Positions 27,583 through 37,420 of a stretch of DNA of 64,000 nt are shown piece by piece. Source of the stretch: Candidatus Eiseniibacteriota bacterium (GTDB lineage Bacteria; Arandabacterota; Arandabacteria; Arandabacterales; Arandabacteraceae); contig JBDRNT010000094.1 of NCBI GenBank assembly GCA_043810925.1, positions 1 to 64,000 on the forward strand, given 5' to 3'. The translations under genes and the position numbers were made by a program. Positions within the stretch are counted from its first letter, which is position 1; each line of letters opens with the position of its first letter. The notes under the pieces were generated by a model. It saw only the letters and a program-made list of their open reading frames with translations, made no database searches and was not told the DNA's origin.

Positions 27583-29628
27583 TTGCCTGAGATCTCCAGA
27601 AGGGATCGCAGGCTGCTGTTTCTGATAGTACTGATAGCCCTTGCCATAAGGGTTGCCTATCTGATCGACATACGGGACTCACCGTATTTCGAATACCCTG
27701 TACTCGATTCCTTCTGGTATGACGCCAAGGCCGAAGACGTCCTGGCCGGGGACACTCTCGCAAGCAGCGGGTCTTTCAGGGTTCCGCTTTACACGTATTT
27801 CATCGCAGCATGCTATTCGGTGTTCGGTCATGGATTCATGGCCCCCCTCGTGATCCAGGCAATGCTCGGGGCTCTCACGTGCGGACTGTGCTTCCTTATC
27901 GCCCGGCGGCTTTTCGGGCGGTTGGCGGGGGTGGTCGCGGGTCTTGGATTTGCCCTTTACAGGATGGCCGTCTACTCCGACGGTGAGTTGCTGCCCACAA
28001 CCCTTTTCATGTTCTTCATGTTAGTGGCCGTTTATTTCATCCTGGCGGGGATCCGTGCCCGCCCCGTTTCAAACGGTGTGCTGACCGGGTTGTTTCTTGG
28101 CCTGGCGTTTCTGACCAGACCCGACATACTGCCATTCGCCGTTGTCACCGTCGCAGTCATACTGGTCCTCGTCGGGTTTGCCAAGGGCGTTCGCTTCGTC
28201 GTCCCGATGTGCGCCCTGCTGGTCGCACTCATGCTGCTTCTCGGCTGCAGAAACCACCTGGCATTCGGTGAGTTCCACGTGTTCTCGCCCCAGGGTGCGG
28301 TGAATTTCTATATCGGAAACGCCGGTTTCGCCGATGGCAAGACGCCCGTTGCGCCTTTGACCCGGTACCCCTATCAAGTCGCAGCGGACCCCAGCGAGGA
28401 CTCGATCACACTCGCCTGTAAACAGGCCGCCGCAGAAGAGGTGGGCAGGGTACTCACCGACAGGGAGCTTTCGAGATACTATGTCCTGAAAACATTCGGT
28501 GAGATAGGTGATGACTTCCCCCGCTGGCTCGGCCTGGTTTCAAAAAAGGTCTACTACTTCCTGAACACCTACGAGCGCAGTGATATTAAACTGATACCAC
28601 GCTTTGTCCAGAGACATTCGGCCGTTCTCAGACTTCCGCTCATCCCGTATGCAGTGGTGATGCCCCTTGGAGTCGTGGGAATGGGTCTCGCAATCCTGCG
28701 GCGGAGAAGACGTGTCTGGATTATCACAGCAGGTCTCCTGGCCTTTGCTGCAAACGCGCTCATCTTTTTTGTGATCTGGAGGTACCGTCTTCCCGCTGTC
28801 CCGTTCCTGGCCATTCTTGCGGGCTACGCCGTGACGGAAACGTGTGTTGCACTGCGCGAAAGGGCCTTTAGAACGGTCATAGTGATGCTTGGGGCCGCGC
28901 TCGTCCTCGGGCTGATCTCGGTATCAAGCCTCTGGCGGGTCGCTGAAGAGGACTGGACGAGCCAGTACATAGCCAACGAAGGCGCTCTTTTCATGAAGGC
29001 TGAAAGATACGAAGAGGCGACCGAGCTTTACAAGGAAGCGATAGAGGCCGAGCCGTCGAACCCGGCTTCATACTTCTATCTGGGCAAAGCCTATGCGACG
29101 CGCGGACTCATCGATGAATCGAAAGAGATGATGGAAAAGGCCGTGATGTTAAGTGCCGGCTACGAGCCGTTTGCCCATCAGACCCTTGGAGTGGCATTTG
29201 CCAACAGCGGGGACTTCGCATCGGCGGTCGCTGAGTTCGAAAAGGCGCTTGCTGCGGACGGCGAGCTCGGGCTGGCGGCGTTCAATCTCGGTCTGTGTAA
29301 TATGAGCCTGGGCAACTACGAGGAGGCAGAAAAAGCCTTCACACGTGCTGAGTTTCTTTGTAAAGATGATAGTGGGGTGTTGGTGGCCATTGCCCGGGCA
29401 TTCGTCAACATGGGCCGGCAAGAGAGGGGGATCAGGCTTGCGCAGACCGTGCTTCGCGACGATCCTCATAACCCGGAAGCCCTCTATACGGTCGGTCTCG
29501 GGTTGGAAGGGCAGGGAAGAGTTCCCGAGGCGATCGTCTACTTCGAAAGAGCACTCAGGTTCCTTCCTTCAGCTCAGGAGATAAGACAGAAGATAATTGA
29601 CCTGAAGAGGCGGCAGTCTATGCAATGA
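27583..29628 (+). CDS. GT-C fold (GT39/PMT-like) membrane glycosyltransferase with C-terminal TPRs
   Basis: RBS GGAGGTG before TTG; D..WYD loop, PLY, LTRP, RYRLP motifs, multiple TMs, TPR tail. Confidence 0.8.
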   Translation: MPEISRRDRRLLFLIVLIALAIRVAYLIDIRDSPYFEYPVLDSFWYDAKAEDVLAGDTLASSGSFRVPLYTYFIAACYSVFGHGFMAPLVIQAMLGALTCGLCFLIARRLFGRLAGVVAGLGFALYRMAVYSDGELLPTTLFMFFMLVAVYFILAGIRARPVSNGVLTGLFLGLAFLTRPDILPFAVVTVAVILVLVGFAKGVRFVVPMCALLVALMLLLGCRNHLAFGEFHVFSPQGAVNFYIGNAGFADGKTPVAPLTRYPYQVAADPSEDSITLACKQAAAEEVGRVLTDRELSRYYVLKTFGEIGDDFPRWLGLVSKKVYYFLNTYERSDIKLIPRFVQRHSAVLRLPLIPYAVVMPLGVVGMGLAILRRRRRVWIITAGLLAFAANALIFFVIWRYRLPAVPFLAILAGYAVTETCVALRERAFRTVIVMLGAALVLGLISVSSLWRVAEEDWTSQYIANEGALFMKAERYEEATELYKEAIEAEPSNPASYFYLGKAYATRGLIDESKEMMEKAVMLSAGYEPFAHQTLGVAFANSGDFASAVAEFEKALAADGELGLAAFNLGLCNMSLGNYEEAEKAFTRAEFLCKDDSGVLVAIARAFVNMGRQERGIRLAQTVLRDDPHNPEALYTVGLGLEGQGRVPEAIVYFERALRFLPSAQEIRQKIIDLKRRQSMQ

Positions 29629-32600
29629 AGCGTCAACTTGCAGTGAGACTACTGGTGTTGCTTGCGGTCCTCCTTGCGGGCAGGTCTGCCTGCGCCGTGG
29701 CTCTGAGACCGGATGTGTTCGAAAGACTGCATAGCGAGGGCCGGGTGGAGCATGTCAGGCAGATGCTGGAGCTCAAACGGGCCGAGGAACCTGTCGATCG
29801 AAACGTAAAGACGGCCGGTTCGCTGAGAGCCCTTGTGTTGATGATCGACTTCGACGACGTTGCGGCAGACACGATCCTCCATTCCAGGCAGCACTTTAAC
29901 GAGATGCTCTTCAGCCTCGACAACGAGCTGAGCATGAGAAACTACTACCTCTGGAGCTCGTACGGTGCACTTGATATAACGGGCGAGATTTACGGGTGGT
30001 TCAGGGTGAAGGAGCCGCTCTCCTATTACGCCAACAGCAATGCCGGCATGGATGCATATCCCAGAAACGCCCAGAAGATGATTGAAGATGCCCTCGATGC
30101 GGCAGACTACCGGGTGGATTTCTCGCAGTTCGACAATGACGGGCCTGACGGCATCCCCGACAGCGGCGATGACGACGGCTATGTCGATTTCCTCATGGTC
30201 GTGCATGCCGGGCAAGGCTACGAGCAGACGATGAACCCGGGGCACATCCATTCACATGTCTCGACGATCAGGGCCAGGCCGGTGGACGGTGTATATGCCA
30301 GGATGTATTCGACCGAACCCGAGGACGGACCCGTGGGAACCTTCGCGCACGAATTCGGTCACCTGCTGGGGTTGCCCGACCTGTATGACATAACGCTCAA
30401 CACTTACGGGCTCGGGATGTGGTCGCTGATGGCTTACGGCTCGTGGGGTGAGGGGGGACGCCGCCCGGTAGGGCTCGACCCATGGTGCAAGACCCAGCTG
30501 GGTTTCCTGGAACCGGTTGTGATCGACAGCAATTACGTGGAATACGAGCTTCCGTGCATTGAGGATGGGCCGGACGCGCTTAAGCTGTGGAGCCAAGGTG
30601 AGACGGGGAAGCAGTACTTCATGGTTGAGAACAGGAGAAGCAAGTCCTGGGATTCGTGGCTGACGTGGTTTGACGAGGGGCTGCTTGTCTATCACGTCGA
30701 CGAGAGACACCAGGATAACTCGAGCGATTCCGGGCATCTCATAAGTCTTGAACAGGCGGACGGAAGGTTCGATCTTGAAGAGAGGAGACTCTGGGGTTTC
30801 GGATCGGATGGAGGAGACCCCTATCCGGGAGAGACCGGTAACAGGACGTTCAGCTGGTGGACGAGGCCGGACAATCAATCGAACGAGGGCAGTCCCACAC
30901 AGGTCAGCCTGCGGAACATCAGTGATCCCGGCGATGTCATGACATTCGATGTTGAGGTCTGGTCGCCTGTGATCCTGTTTGAAGACTATCGGATCGATGA
31001 CGAGTCCGGGGACGGAGACGGCGAGCCTGACCCGGGTGAGGAAATAAATCTGGGTCTGAGATTCAGAAATCGCGGTATAACCTGTGATGACCTCACAGTC
31101 ACCCTGCGTACGGATGATCCCCACGTAACCCCCGGTGAGACCGTGGTCTTGCTTGAAGCAATCGAGGGCGGTTCCCTTTCGGGGGTGTCTAACATCTCCA
31201 TGCAGATAGATGAGACCGTTCCCGAGCCTTACGATGTTGAGTTCGAGATCACGATCGAGGGCACTCATGCCTATGGGATCTATCAGTCCACGGACAGGTT
31301 CGTGCTCGGGGTCCCCGTGAGGAGACTGCCGGGCTGGCCCGTGTTCGCCGGTGATGGCATGACCGCTTCACCGGCCGTCGCTGATCTGGATGGTGACGGC
31401 GTCAAGGAGATCATTGTCGGCTGCAATGACGGCATGCTCTATGCGTGGAAACTGGACGGCACACCCGTTCCCGGGTGGCCGGCAGTGGTCGGGGCACCCG
31501 TACACTCGAAACCTGCCGTTTGTGATGTCGATCTGGATTTCAGATCCGAAGTGGTCGTAACCTCCAGGGATGGGCGTGTCCATGTCTTTGAGAATGACGG
31601 TACCCCTTGTCCGGGATGGCCCCGGTCCACGGGAGACCAGATCCTGTCATCGGCGCTGCTTGCCGACATCGATGATGACGGCATCGTTGAGATCATCTGT
31701 GGTTCGACCGACGGTCAGGTGTACGCATGGAATGAGAATGGTGGCCTGGTAAGTGGATGGCCCGTTGACATGGGCGGGTCCGAGGTATGGATGTCTGCTG
31801 CTGCCGCGGACGTCGATGGTGACCATCTTGAAGAAGTCGTAATCGGTGGCTACGGGGGGCCGCTATATGTCCTGGATGGGAACGGCGAAGTCCTCAGTGG
31901 CTGGCCTGCGCCGGTAGGGCGCGGTTGTGGCGACGGTTCGCCTTGCGTTGCGGACTTCGATGGTGACGGTACGCTCGAGATCGCGATTTCGGGTCTGTTC
32001 TCGAATTCGATCTACCTGGTCGGCCTGGACGGCAGGATAAGGCCCGGGTGGCCCAGGTGGCCGTTCAACTGCCATGAACTCAGCAATCCGGTTCCTGCAG
32101 ATATCGACAACGACGGCCTGCCCGAGGTCGCTGTGTCGACTTCGTGCGGTACCATTGTCGCCTGGAATGCGAACGGTTCCCAGTGCAATGCCATAGAGGC
32201 CCATGCTCCCGATCCGATCCGGGGGTGTGAACCCATTTTCCTTGATATCGACGGTAATGGCAGCATCGAAGGACTGGCCGGTACCTCCGAGTATGGCGAC
32301 GGCGAGGTATACGTGTTCGGGAGTGAAGGTGTGCTGACGGGATTTCCGATTGACGTCGGTGGGGAGGTTGCGGCCACACCTGTTGTGGATGATCTCGATG
32401 GCGACGGTAATGCCGAGATAGTGGCCGTGACGAAGGCCGGCCAGGTGTACGTATGGCGTTTCGTTGGTCCGAAGCAGACCGGGAGGATCGAGTACTCGCA
32501 GTCAAGGTCCAACGTCTGGAATACAGGCCACTATGATTTCGTCCCTCATGACAACATTCCGCTTGCCGACCTTGCCCTGAGTGCAGGGGATATCTCCCTT

Positions 32601-34745
32601 GATCCTCATGAACCCAGGGAAGGAGAGGAGACGCTTGTCAAGGTACGGGTGGCCAATGCGGGCCACACTGTTGCTGAGAACTTCATGGTCAGCACCTACG
32701 ACGGAGTGGTGGAGGAGACTCATCTGATCGGATCGGCCGTGGTGGCCGGGTTGGGGGCGAAGTCCGACACCCTGATAACTTTCGCGTGGGAGATGCCGGG
32801 TGGCCAGACGACACGTCTCGTTTACGCGACAATAGATCTTGAGAATGCTGTGCTGGAGCGCTTTGAGCTCAACAACCAGGCGCACCGGCGTTTCTACCTG
32901 TCGCTTGCCGATCTCAAAGTGACCATAGGCGACGTGCGGCCGTTCCCGGTGGTCATCGGAGAGTCCCTTACTGTGGATGCTCACCTGGAGAACGTCGGCT
33001 CCGATGTCGCGAGGGATTTCGAGTTGGTGTTCTATGACAGCCTCAGAGTAGAATCGCGGCGTTTTGCCGGCTTTCAGGTGGACTCTCTTTGCCCGGGTGA
33101 AAGCATGGATTTCAGCGTGCGCCACAGGATCGATTCATTCAGGGGCGACTTCGTGCGACTCTGGGGTGTCGTCGATCCTGCCCAGGGAGTGCTTGAGTAC
33201 CATACGAGCAACAACAACTCTTGTGTTGATGTCAACTCGGGTATTGGCGGCAGACTGCTGACGACGCCCTACGAGATTGCAGTTACTGCTCTGAAGTCTT
33301 CAAGGACGTGTTTTGTGCTCGAGTCGCCGTCTTGCCAGTGCCTTGTCGCATTCGGCAGCAGCCTTCCTTACAACGCCGTCTTTGAGACACTCGGAGCAGG
33401 CGTAGATGTATCGCGAAACACCATAGTCTTCAGCTCCGGCGGTGATATAGCGGGATTCGATGTCAAGGACAGCGTCCTGTTCGTGATCAGCTCGGCTGAG
33501 GAATATGAAACACAGCCGGCGGTCTGGGGTGAGAATGTAGCATGGATATCCGAGGGTCCTGCATCCACGAGTCTGCGGCTGAGGAGAGCTTCAGGTGACA
33601 TAGAGACCATACGCAGCATAACGACGGGCAGCATTCGGAACCCCGATCTTTCGAACGCCCTGATCGTCTGGGAAGAGGACCTTGGTGGAGGATCCGATAT
33701 TGTGGGTTACGATCTTGAGGCCGACACCATCGTGGTGCTTTGCGGCGACGACGGCGACCAGGTGAATCCGGCTGTGTGGGGTGACAAGCTGGTGTGGGAG
33801 GATCACTCCGCTGACGGAGGAGATGTCCGGGCACTCGACTTCAGGTCCTTATCGAGGCTGGATGTAGCCGCCGGTGACGGCCTGCAGCGGCACCCGGTTG
33901 TGTACGGCGACATCGTGGTCTGGCAGGATTCGAGGAACGGCAACTGGGACATATACGGTTACAGTTTCTCCAACGGCAGTGAGTTTCCCATATCACGCCA
34001 GGTGGACGATCAAGTACTTCCGTCCTTGAGTGACAGTACTGTTTTGTGGGTTGACCGGCGCGAGCCCGGTGAGATAGTGCTGGGTCTCAGATTCGGAGCC
34101 GACCGCAGGGTTGCAAGCGTGAGGGAATTCGAGGCTTTTTCTCAGGATGGCATGATCAAGGTCCGAAGCAATGTTGAGCAGGAGGACGACGGCCTCGTGT
34201 TCAACATCTACCGTTACCCGGACGATCGTCCAATGTCTGAAGACAGGTACTCTCACCTGCGGTATCAGTTCGAACTCGGGACCGACTCGGTCCATGTCTA
34301 TGCGGATACGTTGGTCGCTGCCAGGAGATCCTTCTACTACACCCTCGGCATAATTGACGGCTACGGAGTTGAGACCTACTATGGACCCGTTGAGGGCAGG
34401 GCTTACGACGCGTCCCCACCCGGCTTTGTAATCGGGGCTCCTCACCCTAATCCTTTCAGACATGACGTTACCGTGACCTTCGGCTTGCCCAGAGCGCTCA
34501 GGCGGTCCGCCGACAGTTCATGGCCCGATCCGGCCGGTGAGACAAGCAGTGTTGAAATGGCGGTGTATTCCGCGGATGGCCGGCTTGTCCGGACAATCCA
34601 GCGGGGCCATCTTACTCCAGGTTACTACAGGCTGTCCTGGGACGGCATGAACGAAAACGGCCGGCCTGTGAGTTCCGGAGTCTACTTCATCACGGCCTCC
34701 GCCGGTGACGTCGTCACCTCCCGAAAGGTCATTCTGGCCAAGTAG
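29625..34745 (+). CDS. M6 (immune inhibitor A-like) metalloprotease with FG-GAP repeats, CARDB domains, beta-propeller and FlgD-Ig/T9SS-like tail
   Basis: HEFGHLLGLPDLYD, WSLMAYGSW, VENR, ADLDGDG repeats with GWP, E..ELNN CARDB, PNPF...SSGVYF. Confidence 0.9.
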   Translation: MKRQLAVRLLVLLAVLLAGRSACAVALRPDVFERLHSEGRVEHVRQMLELKRAEEPVDRNVKTAGSLRALVLMIDFDDVAADTILHSRQHFNEMLFSLDNELSMRNYYLWSSYGALDITGEIYGWFRVKEPLSYYANSNAGMDAYPRNAQKMIEDALDAADYRVDFSQFDNDGPDGIPDSGDDDGYVDFLMVVHAGQGYEQTMNPGHIHSHVSTIRARPVDGVYARMYSTEPEDGPVGTFAHEFGHLLGLPDLYDITLNTYGLGMWSLMAYGSWGEGGRRPVGLDPWCKTQLGFLEPVVIDSNYVEYELPCIEDGPDALKLWSQGETGKQYFMVENRRSKSWDSWLTWFDEGLLVYHVDERHQDNSSDSGHLISLEQADGRFDLEERRLWGFGSDGGDPYPGETGNRTFSWWTRPDNQSNEGSPTQVSLRNISDPGDVMTFDVEVWSPVILFEDYRIDDESGDGDGEPDPGEEINLGLRFRNRGITCDDLTVTLRTDDPHVTPGETVVLLEAIEGGSLSGVSNISMQIDETVPEPYDVEFEITIEGTHAYGIYQSTDRFVLGVPVRRLPGWPVFAGDGMTASPAVADLDGDGVKEIIVGCNDGMLYAWKLDGTPVPGWPAVVGAPVHSKPAVCDVDLDFRSEVVVTSRDGRVHVFENDGTPCPGWPRSTGDQILSSALLADIDDDGIVEIICGSTDGQVYAWNENGGLVSGWPVDMGGSEVWMSAAAADVDGDHLEEVVIGGYGGPLYVLDGNGEVLSGWPAPVGRGCGDGSPCVADFDGDGTLEIAISGLFSNSIYLVGLDGRIRPGWPRWPFNCHELSNPVPADIDNDGLPEVAVSTSCGTIVAWNANGSQCNAIEAHAPDPIRGCEPIFLDIDGNGSIEGLAGTSEYGDGEVYVFGSEGVLTGFPIDVGGEVAATPVVDDLDGDGNAEIVAVTKAGQVYVWRFVGPKQTGRIEYSQSRSNVWNTGHYDFVPHDNIPLADLALSAGDISLDPHEPREGEETLVKVRVANAGHTVAENFMVSTYDGVVEETHLIGSAVVAGLGAKSDTLITFAWEMPGGQTTRLVYATIDLENAVLERFELNNQAHRRFYLSLADLKVTIGDVRPFPVVIGESLTVDAHLENVGSDVARDFELVFYDSLRVESRRFAGFQVDSLCPGESMDFSVRHRIDSFRGDFVRLWGVVDPAQGVLEYHTSNNNSCVDVNSGIGGRLLTTPYEIAVTALKSSRTCFVLESPSCQCLVAFGSSLPYNAVFETLGAGVDVSRNTIVFSSGGDIAGFDVKDSVLFVISSAEEYETQPAVWGENVAWISEGPASTSLRLRRASGDIETIRSITTGSIRNPDLSNALIVWEEDLGGGSDIVGYDLEADTIVVLCGDDGDQVNPAVWGDKLVWEDHSADGGDVRALDFRSLSRLDVAAGDGLQRHPVVYGDIVVWQDSRNGNWDIYGYSFSNGSEFPISRQVDDQVLPSLSDSTVLWVDRREPGEIVLGLRFGADRRVASVREFEAFSQDGMIKVRSNVEQEDDGLVFNIYRYPDDRPMSEDRYSHLRYQFELGTDSVHVYADTLVAARRSFYYTLGIIDGYGVETYYGPVEGRAYDASPPGFVIGAPHPNPFRHDVTVTFGLPRALRRSADSSWPDPAGETSSVEMAVYSADGRLVRTIQRGHLTPGYYRLSWDGMNENGRPVSSGVYFITASAGDVVTSRKVILAK

Positions 34746-34760
34746 ACCGGCCGCGGTCTC

Positions 34761-34789
34761 TTGACGAGCGCACCCCCGTCTGATAACTT
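34761..34789 (+). promoter_or_regulatory. Sigma70-type promoter TTGACG-N17-TAACTT, predicting a nearly leaderless tadA mRNA
   Basis: -10 ends 9 nt before the ATG at 34799; no SD before that ATG. Confidence 0.45.
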
Positions 34790-34798
34790 GCTGATGAT

Positions 34799-35269
34799 AT
34801 GGACTTAGGACACGACAGTATCTGGATGACGGAAGCCTTAAAGGAAGCAAGGCGGGCCTTTGAGGAGGGTGAAGTCCCGGTTGGTGCCATCGTGGTGGCC
34901 GGTGGGAAGATCATAGGCAGAGGCCACAACCGGGTCGAGAACCTCAAGGACGCGACTGCACATGCGGAGATTATCGCACTCGGGGCCGCCTCGAGCGGTG
35001 TAGGTGACTGGAGGCTTGAAGAGTCGACGGTATATGTCACGCTCGAACCCTGCGTGATGTGTCTGGGAGCGATGTTCCTGGCCAGGGTCGCGAGGCTCGT
35101 ATTCGGTTCCGCGGACAGGCGCGGTGGTGCCTGTGGCGGTGCGGTCGACCTTGGAAGGTTGAAATACATGGACAGGGAGATTACGATAGATGGAGGTATG
35201 CTCGAGGAGGAGTGCAAGGGTCTGCTCCTCGAGTTCTTCTCAAAGGTGAGAAAGTCAGAGGAACCATGA
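34799..35269 (+). CDS. tadA: tRNA adenosine(34) deaminase
   Basis: EVPVGA, AHAE, TLEPCVMC. Confidence 0.95.
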   Translation: MDLGHDSIWMTEALKEARRAFEEGEVPVGAIVVAGGKIIGRGHNRVENLKDATAHAEIIALGAASSGVGDWRLEESTVYVTLEPCVMCLGAMFLARVARLVFGSADRRGGACGGAVDLGRLKYMDREITIDGGMLEEECKGLLLEFFSKVRKSEEP

Positions 35270-35274
35270 AAAGC

Positions 35275-35364
35275 GGAGAGATGCCAGAGCGGTTGAATGG
35301 GGCGGTCTCGAAAACCGTTGGGCAGGCAACTGCCCCGGGGGTTCGAATCCCTCTCTCTCCGCCA
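35275..35364 (+). tRNA. tRNA-Ser(CGA)
   Basis: GGAGAGA/TCTCTCC acceptor stem, CT-CGA-AA loop, long variable arm, CCA. Confidence 0.97.
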
Positions 35365-35381
35365 TCCCCCAAAAATCCCTC

Positions 35382-35400
35382 GGGGTCAGGTCTTGAAATT
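35382..35400 (+). repeat. REP-like unit GGGGTCAGGTCTTGAAATT
   Basis: Shares the GGGGTCAG core with the other intergenic elements. Confidence 0.6.
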
Positions 35401-35455
35401 GAGCGTCGGGTCTCCATGCCCGGCGAAGAAGTAAGATCGTGAATAATCACATGGT

Positions 35456-35545
35456 GGAGAGATGCGAGAGCGGCTTAATCGGCGTGACTGGAAATCACGT
35501 GGACGGGCAACCGTCCCGAGGGTTCGAATCCCTCTCTCTCCGCCA
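35456..35545 (+). tRNA. tRNA-Ser(GGA)
   Basis: CGTGA-CT-GGA-AA-TCACG anticodon arm, long variable arm, CCA. Confidence 0.97.
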
Positions 35546-35571
35546 CTAAGAAACCAAATGCAGAAATGCAG

Positions 35572-35620
35572 GGGGTCAGAGCTAGAAAGTTACACCTGTT
35601 GGGGTCAGAGCTAAAAAGTT
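35572..35620 (+). repeat. Two direct copies of GGGGTCAGAGCTA(G/A)AAAGTT
   Basis: Copies at 35572 and 35601; same unit as at 15694 and 15725. Confidence 0.9.
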
Positions 35621-35695
35621 GCGTGGCCTGCAGATGGATCATTGCCCTCCGGGAATGGTCCGGATGATGTCGACAACGGGTGCTGAGGAGGCAAG

Positions 35696-36067
35696 TTGAG
35701 ATCGGTAAGGATCAAGATCGGTGAGATCACACTGGAGGCTGAGCTCGGACAGTCAAAAACCGCTCAGCTGGTGTGGGCCGCGTTGCCGTTTGCCGGAAAC
35801 GCGCAGATGTGGGGAGATGAGATCTACTTCAGAGTCCCTGTTGCGGCCGAACTCGAGAATCCCAGGAGGGTAGTCGAAATTGGAGACATCGGGTACTGGC
35901 CAACAGGCAACGCGTTCTGTATATTCTATGGAAAGACCCCGGCAAGCAGCGGTGATGATATCGTGCCGGCAAGTCCGGTCGACGTGATCGGCCGGGTGAC
36001 GTCCGATGTTTCGGTCCTTAAGGGCATCACCGATCCGGGAAGGGTGACAGTGGAAAAGGGGATGTAG
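35696..36067 (+). CDS. Cyclophilin-like fold protein (DUF369/TM1367-like)
   Basis: RBS GAGGAGG; WGDEIYF, GDIGYWPTGNAFCIFYGKTP, PASPV; stop lies inside tRNA-Ala. Confidence 0.85.
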   Translation: MRSVRIKIGEITLEAELGQSKTAQLVWAALPFAGNAQMWGDEIYFRVPVAAELENPRRVVEIGDIGYWPTGNAFCIFYGKTPASSGDDIVPASPVDVIGRVTSDVSVLKGITDPGRVTVEKGM

Positions 36068-36133
36068 CTCAGTTGGGAGAGCGCTGCCTTCGCAAGGCAG
36101 AGGTCGGCGGTTCGAATCCGCTCATCTCCACCA
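36058..36133 (+). tRNA. tRNA-Ala(CGC)
   Basis: GGGGATG/CATCTCC acceptor stem with G3:U70, CTGCC-TT-CGC-AA-GGCAG anticodon arm, CCA. Confidence 0.97.
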
Positions 36134-36138
36134 TAGAT

Positions 36139-36175
36139 GCGGCGGGCCCCCTCGGGCTCGCCGCCTTCGTATTCT
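36139..36175 (+). terminator. Probable intrinsic terminator after tRNA-Ala
   Basis: GCGGCGGGCCC-cctc-GGGCTCGCCGC stem with a weak T-rich tail. Confidence 0.5.
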
Positions 36176-36357
36176 GAGACGTCGGCCACAGCGCCCCGAT
36201 GTCAAAGTCAAAGGCGTCCACGCAGAGTGCGGTGTCGCACCGGTGTTCCACCTCCGACGATGTTATAGGCCGGCAAAAACATCTTGTAAGCTGCGGCGAA
36301 TAAGTGTAAACATCTGGCAGGTCAATCTTGACTTCATGCCGGGAGGTTGATTCCACT

Positions 36358-37164
36358 ATGAAGCGTCTAATCGGAAGGTCACACATTGTATCGCGCAGAC
36401 TGATCCTCGGTGCGGTATGTCTTGCATTCGTCGTTGTGGCGTGCAGTTACGTCCCGCTTACCGGGCGCAAGCGGTTCATGCTTGTCGATGAAGGGACCGA
36501 GCTCGAACTTGGAATTCAGACATACAAGGAAGTACTTGAAGAGTCGACACTCTCAACGGACAGCCGGGCCGTCGGACGAATCCGGACGATAGGCGGCCGG
36601 ATAGCAGACGTCACGGGTAAGACGGACTACGAGTGGGAATTCAACCTGATAGAAGCGGACACCGTGTTCAACGCCTTCTGTCTGCCCGGCGGCAAGGTTG
36701 CAGTCTATACCGGGATCCTCGAACTTGCGTCTTCCGATGCCGAGGTGGCGACCGTGATGGCCCACGAGATCGCGCATGCCATCGCAAGACATGGGGGTGA
36801 GCGTATGTCCCAGATGCTTGCTCTCCAGCTTGGCAGCATAGCACTTGAGGAAGCGATGAAGACGAAAAGTGAGAAGACGATGGAGATTGCGCGGGCGGCC
36901 TACGGCGTCGGCGCAGGTCTGCTCTATATCCTCCCCTACAGCAGAACCCATGAGAGCGAAGCGGATTACATGGGGCTCATATATATGGCCCAGGCCGGTT
37001 ATGATCCGAGAGGGGCAGTCAGCTTCTGGGAGAAGATGCAGAAGGAGCATGCCGGGCAGGAGCCGCCGGAATTCCTCTCGACCCACCCGAACAGCGGGAC
37101 AAGGATCGCAGATCTCCAGGGCTGGATGCCCGAGGCCCTGGGCCACTACGAAAAGACACGCTAA
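36358..37164 (+). CDS. M48-family zinc metallopeptidase lipoprotein
   Basis: Lipobox VVAC; NAFCLPGG, AHEIAH, ESEAD, FLSTHP. Confidence 0.92.
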   Translation: MKRLIGRSHIVSRRLILGAVCLAFVVVACSYVPLTGRKRFMLVDEGTELELGIQTYKEVLEESTLSTDSRAVGRIRTIGGRIADVTGKTDYEWEFNLIEADTVFNAFCLPGGKVAVYTGILELASSDAEVATVMAHEIAHAIARHGGERMSQMLALQLGSIALEEAMKTKSEKTMEIARAAYGVGAGLLYILPYSRTHESEADYMGLIYMAQAGYDPRGAVSFWEKMQKEHAGQEPPEFLSTHPNSGTRIADLQGWMPEALGHYEKTR

Positions 37165-37207
37165 TACCGCCGTACGCAAAGCGTTACGCGACTCCGGGTT
37201 ATTGTGC

Positions 37208-37236
37208 TTGACCCCCCCATCCTTTGCTGGTATCGT
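37208..37236 (+). promoter_or_regulatory. Sigma70-type promoter TTGACC-N17-TATCGT
   Basis: Consensus spacing upstream of the SRP RNA and dnaX. Confidence 0.45.
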
Positions 37237-37268
37237 CTTGGGGCAATAGTCAGCAGTCGCAAATTCTG

Positions 37269-37348
37269 AGCTCTGATCCCCGGTGAGACTCCCGGTGATG
37301 AAGGGTCATCCTTGGGGGATCGAGCTTAAAACGGATGGGGACAGACCC
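37269..37348. repeat. Diverged REP-like hairpin AGCTCTGATCCCC...GGGGATCGAGCT plus GGGGACAGACCC
   Basis: Variants of the GGGGTCAGAGCT unit in inverted orientation. Confidence 0.6.
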
Positions 37349-37420
37349 GGAAAGAAGGGTAGTCGTCGGGCACGGAAACCCGACGCTGCATTTCAAGATG
37401 TGACCTGATGGTTTTTTGTG

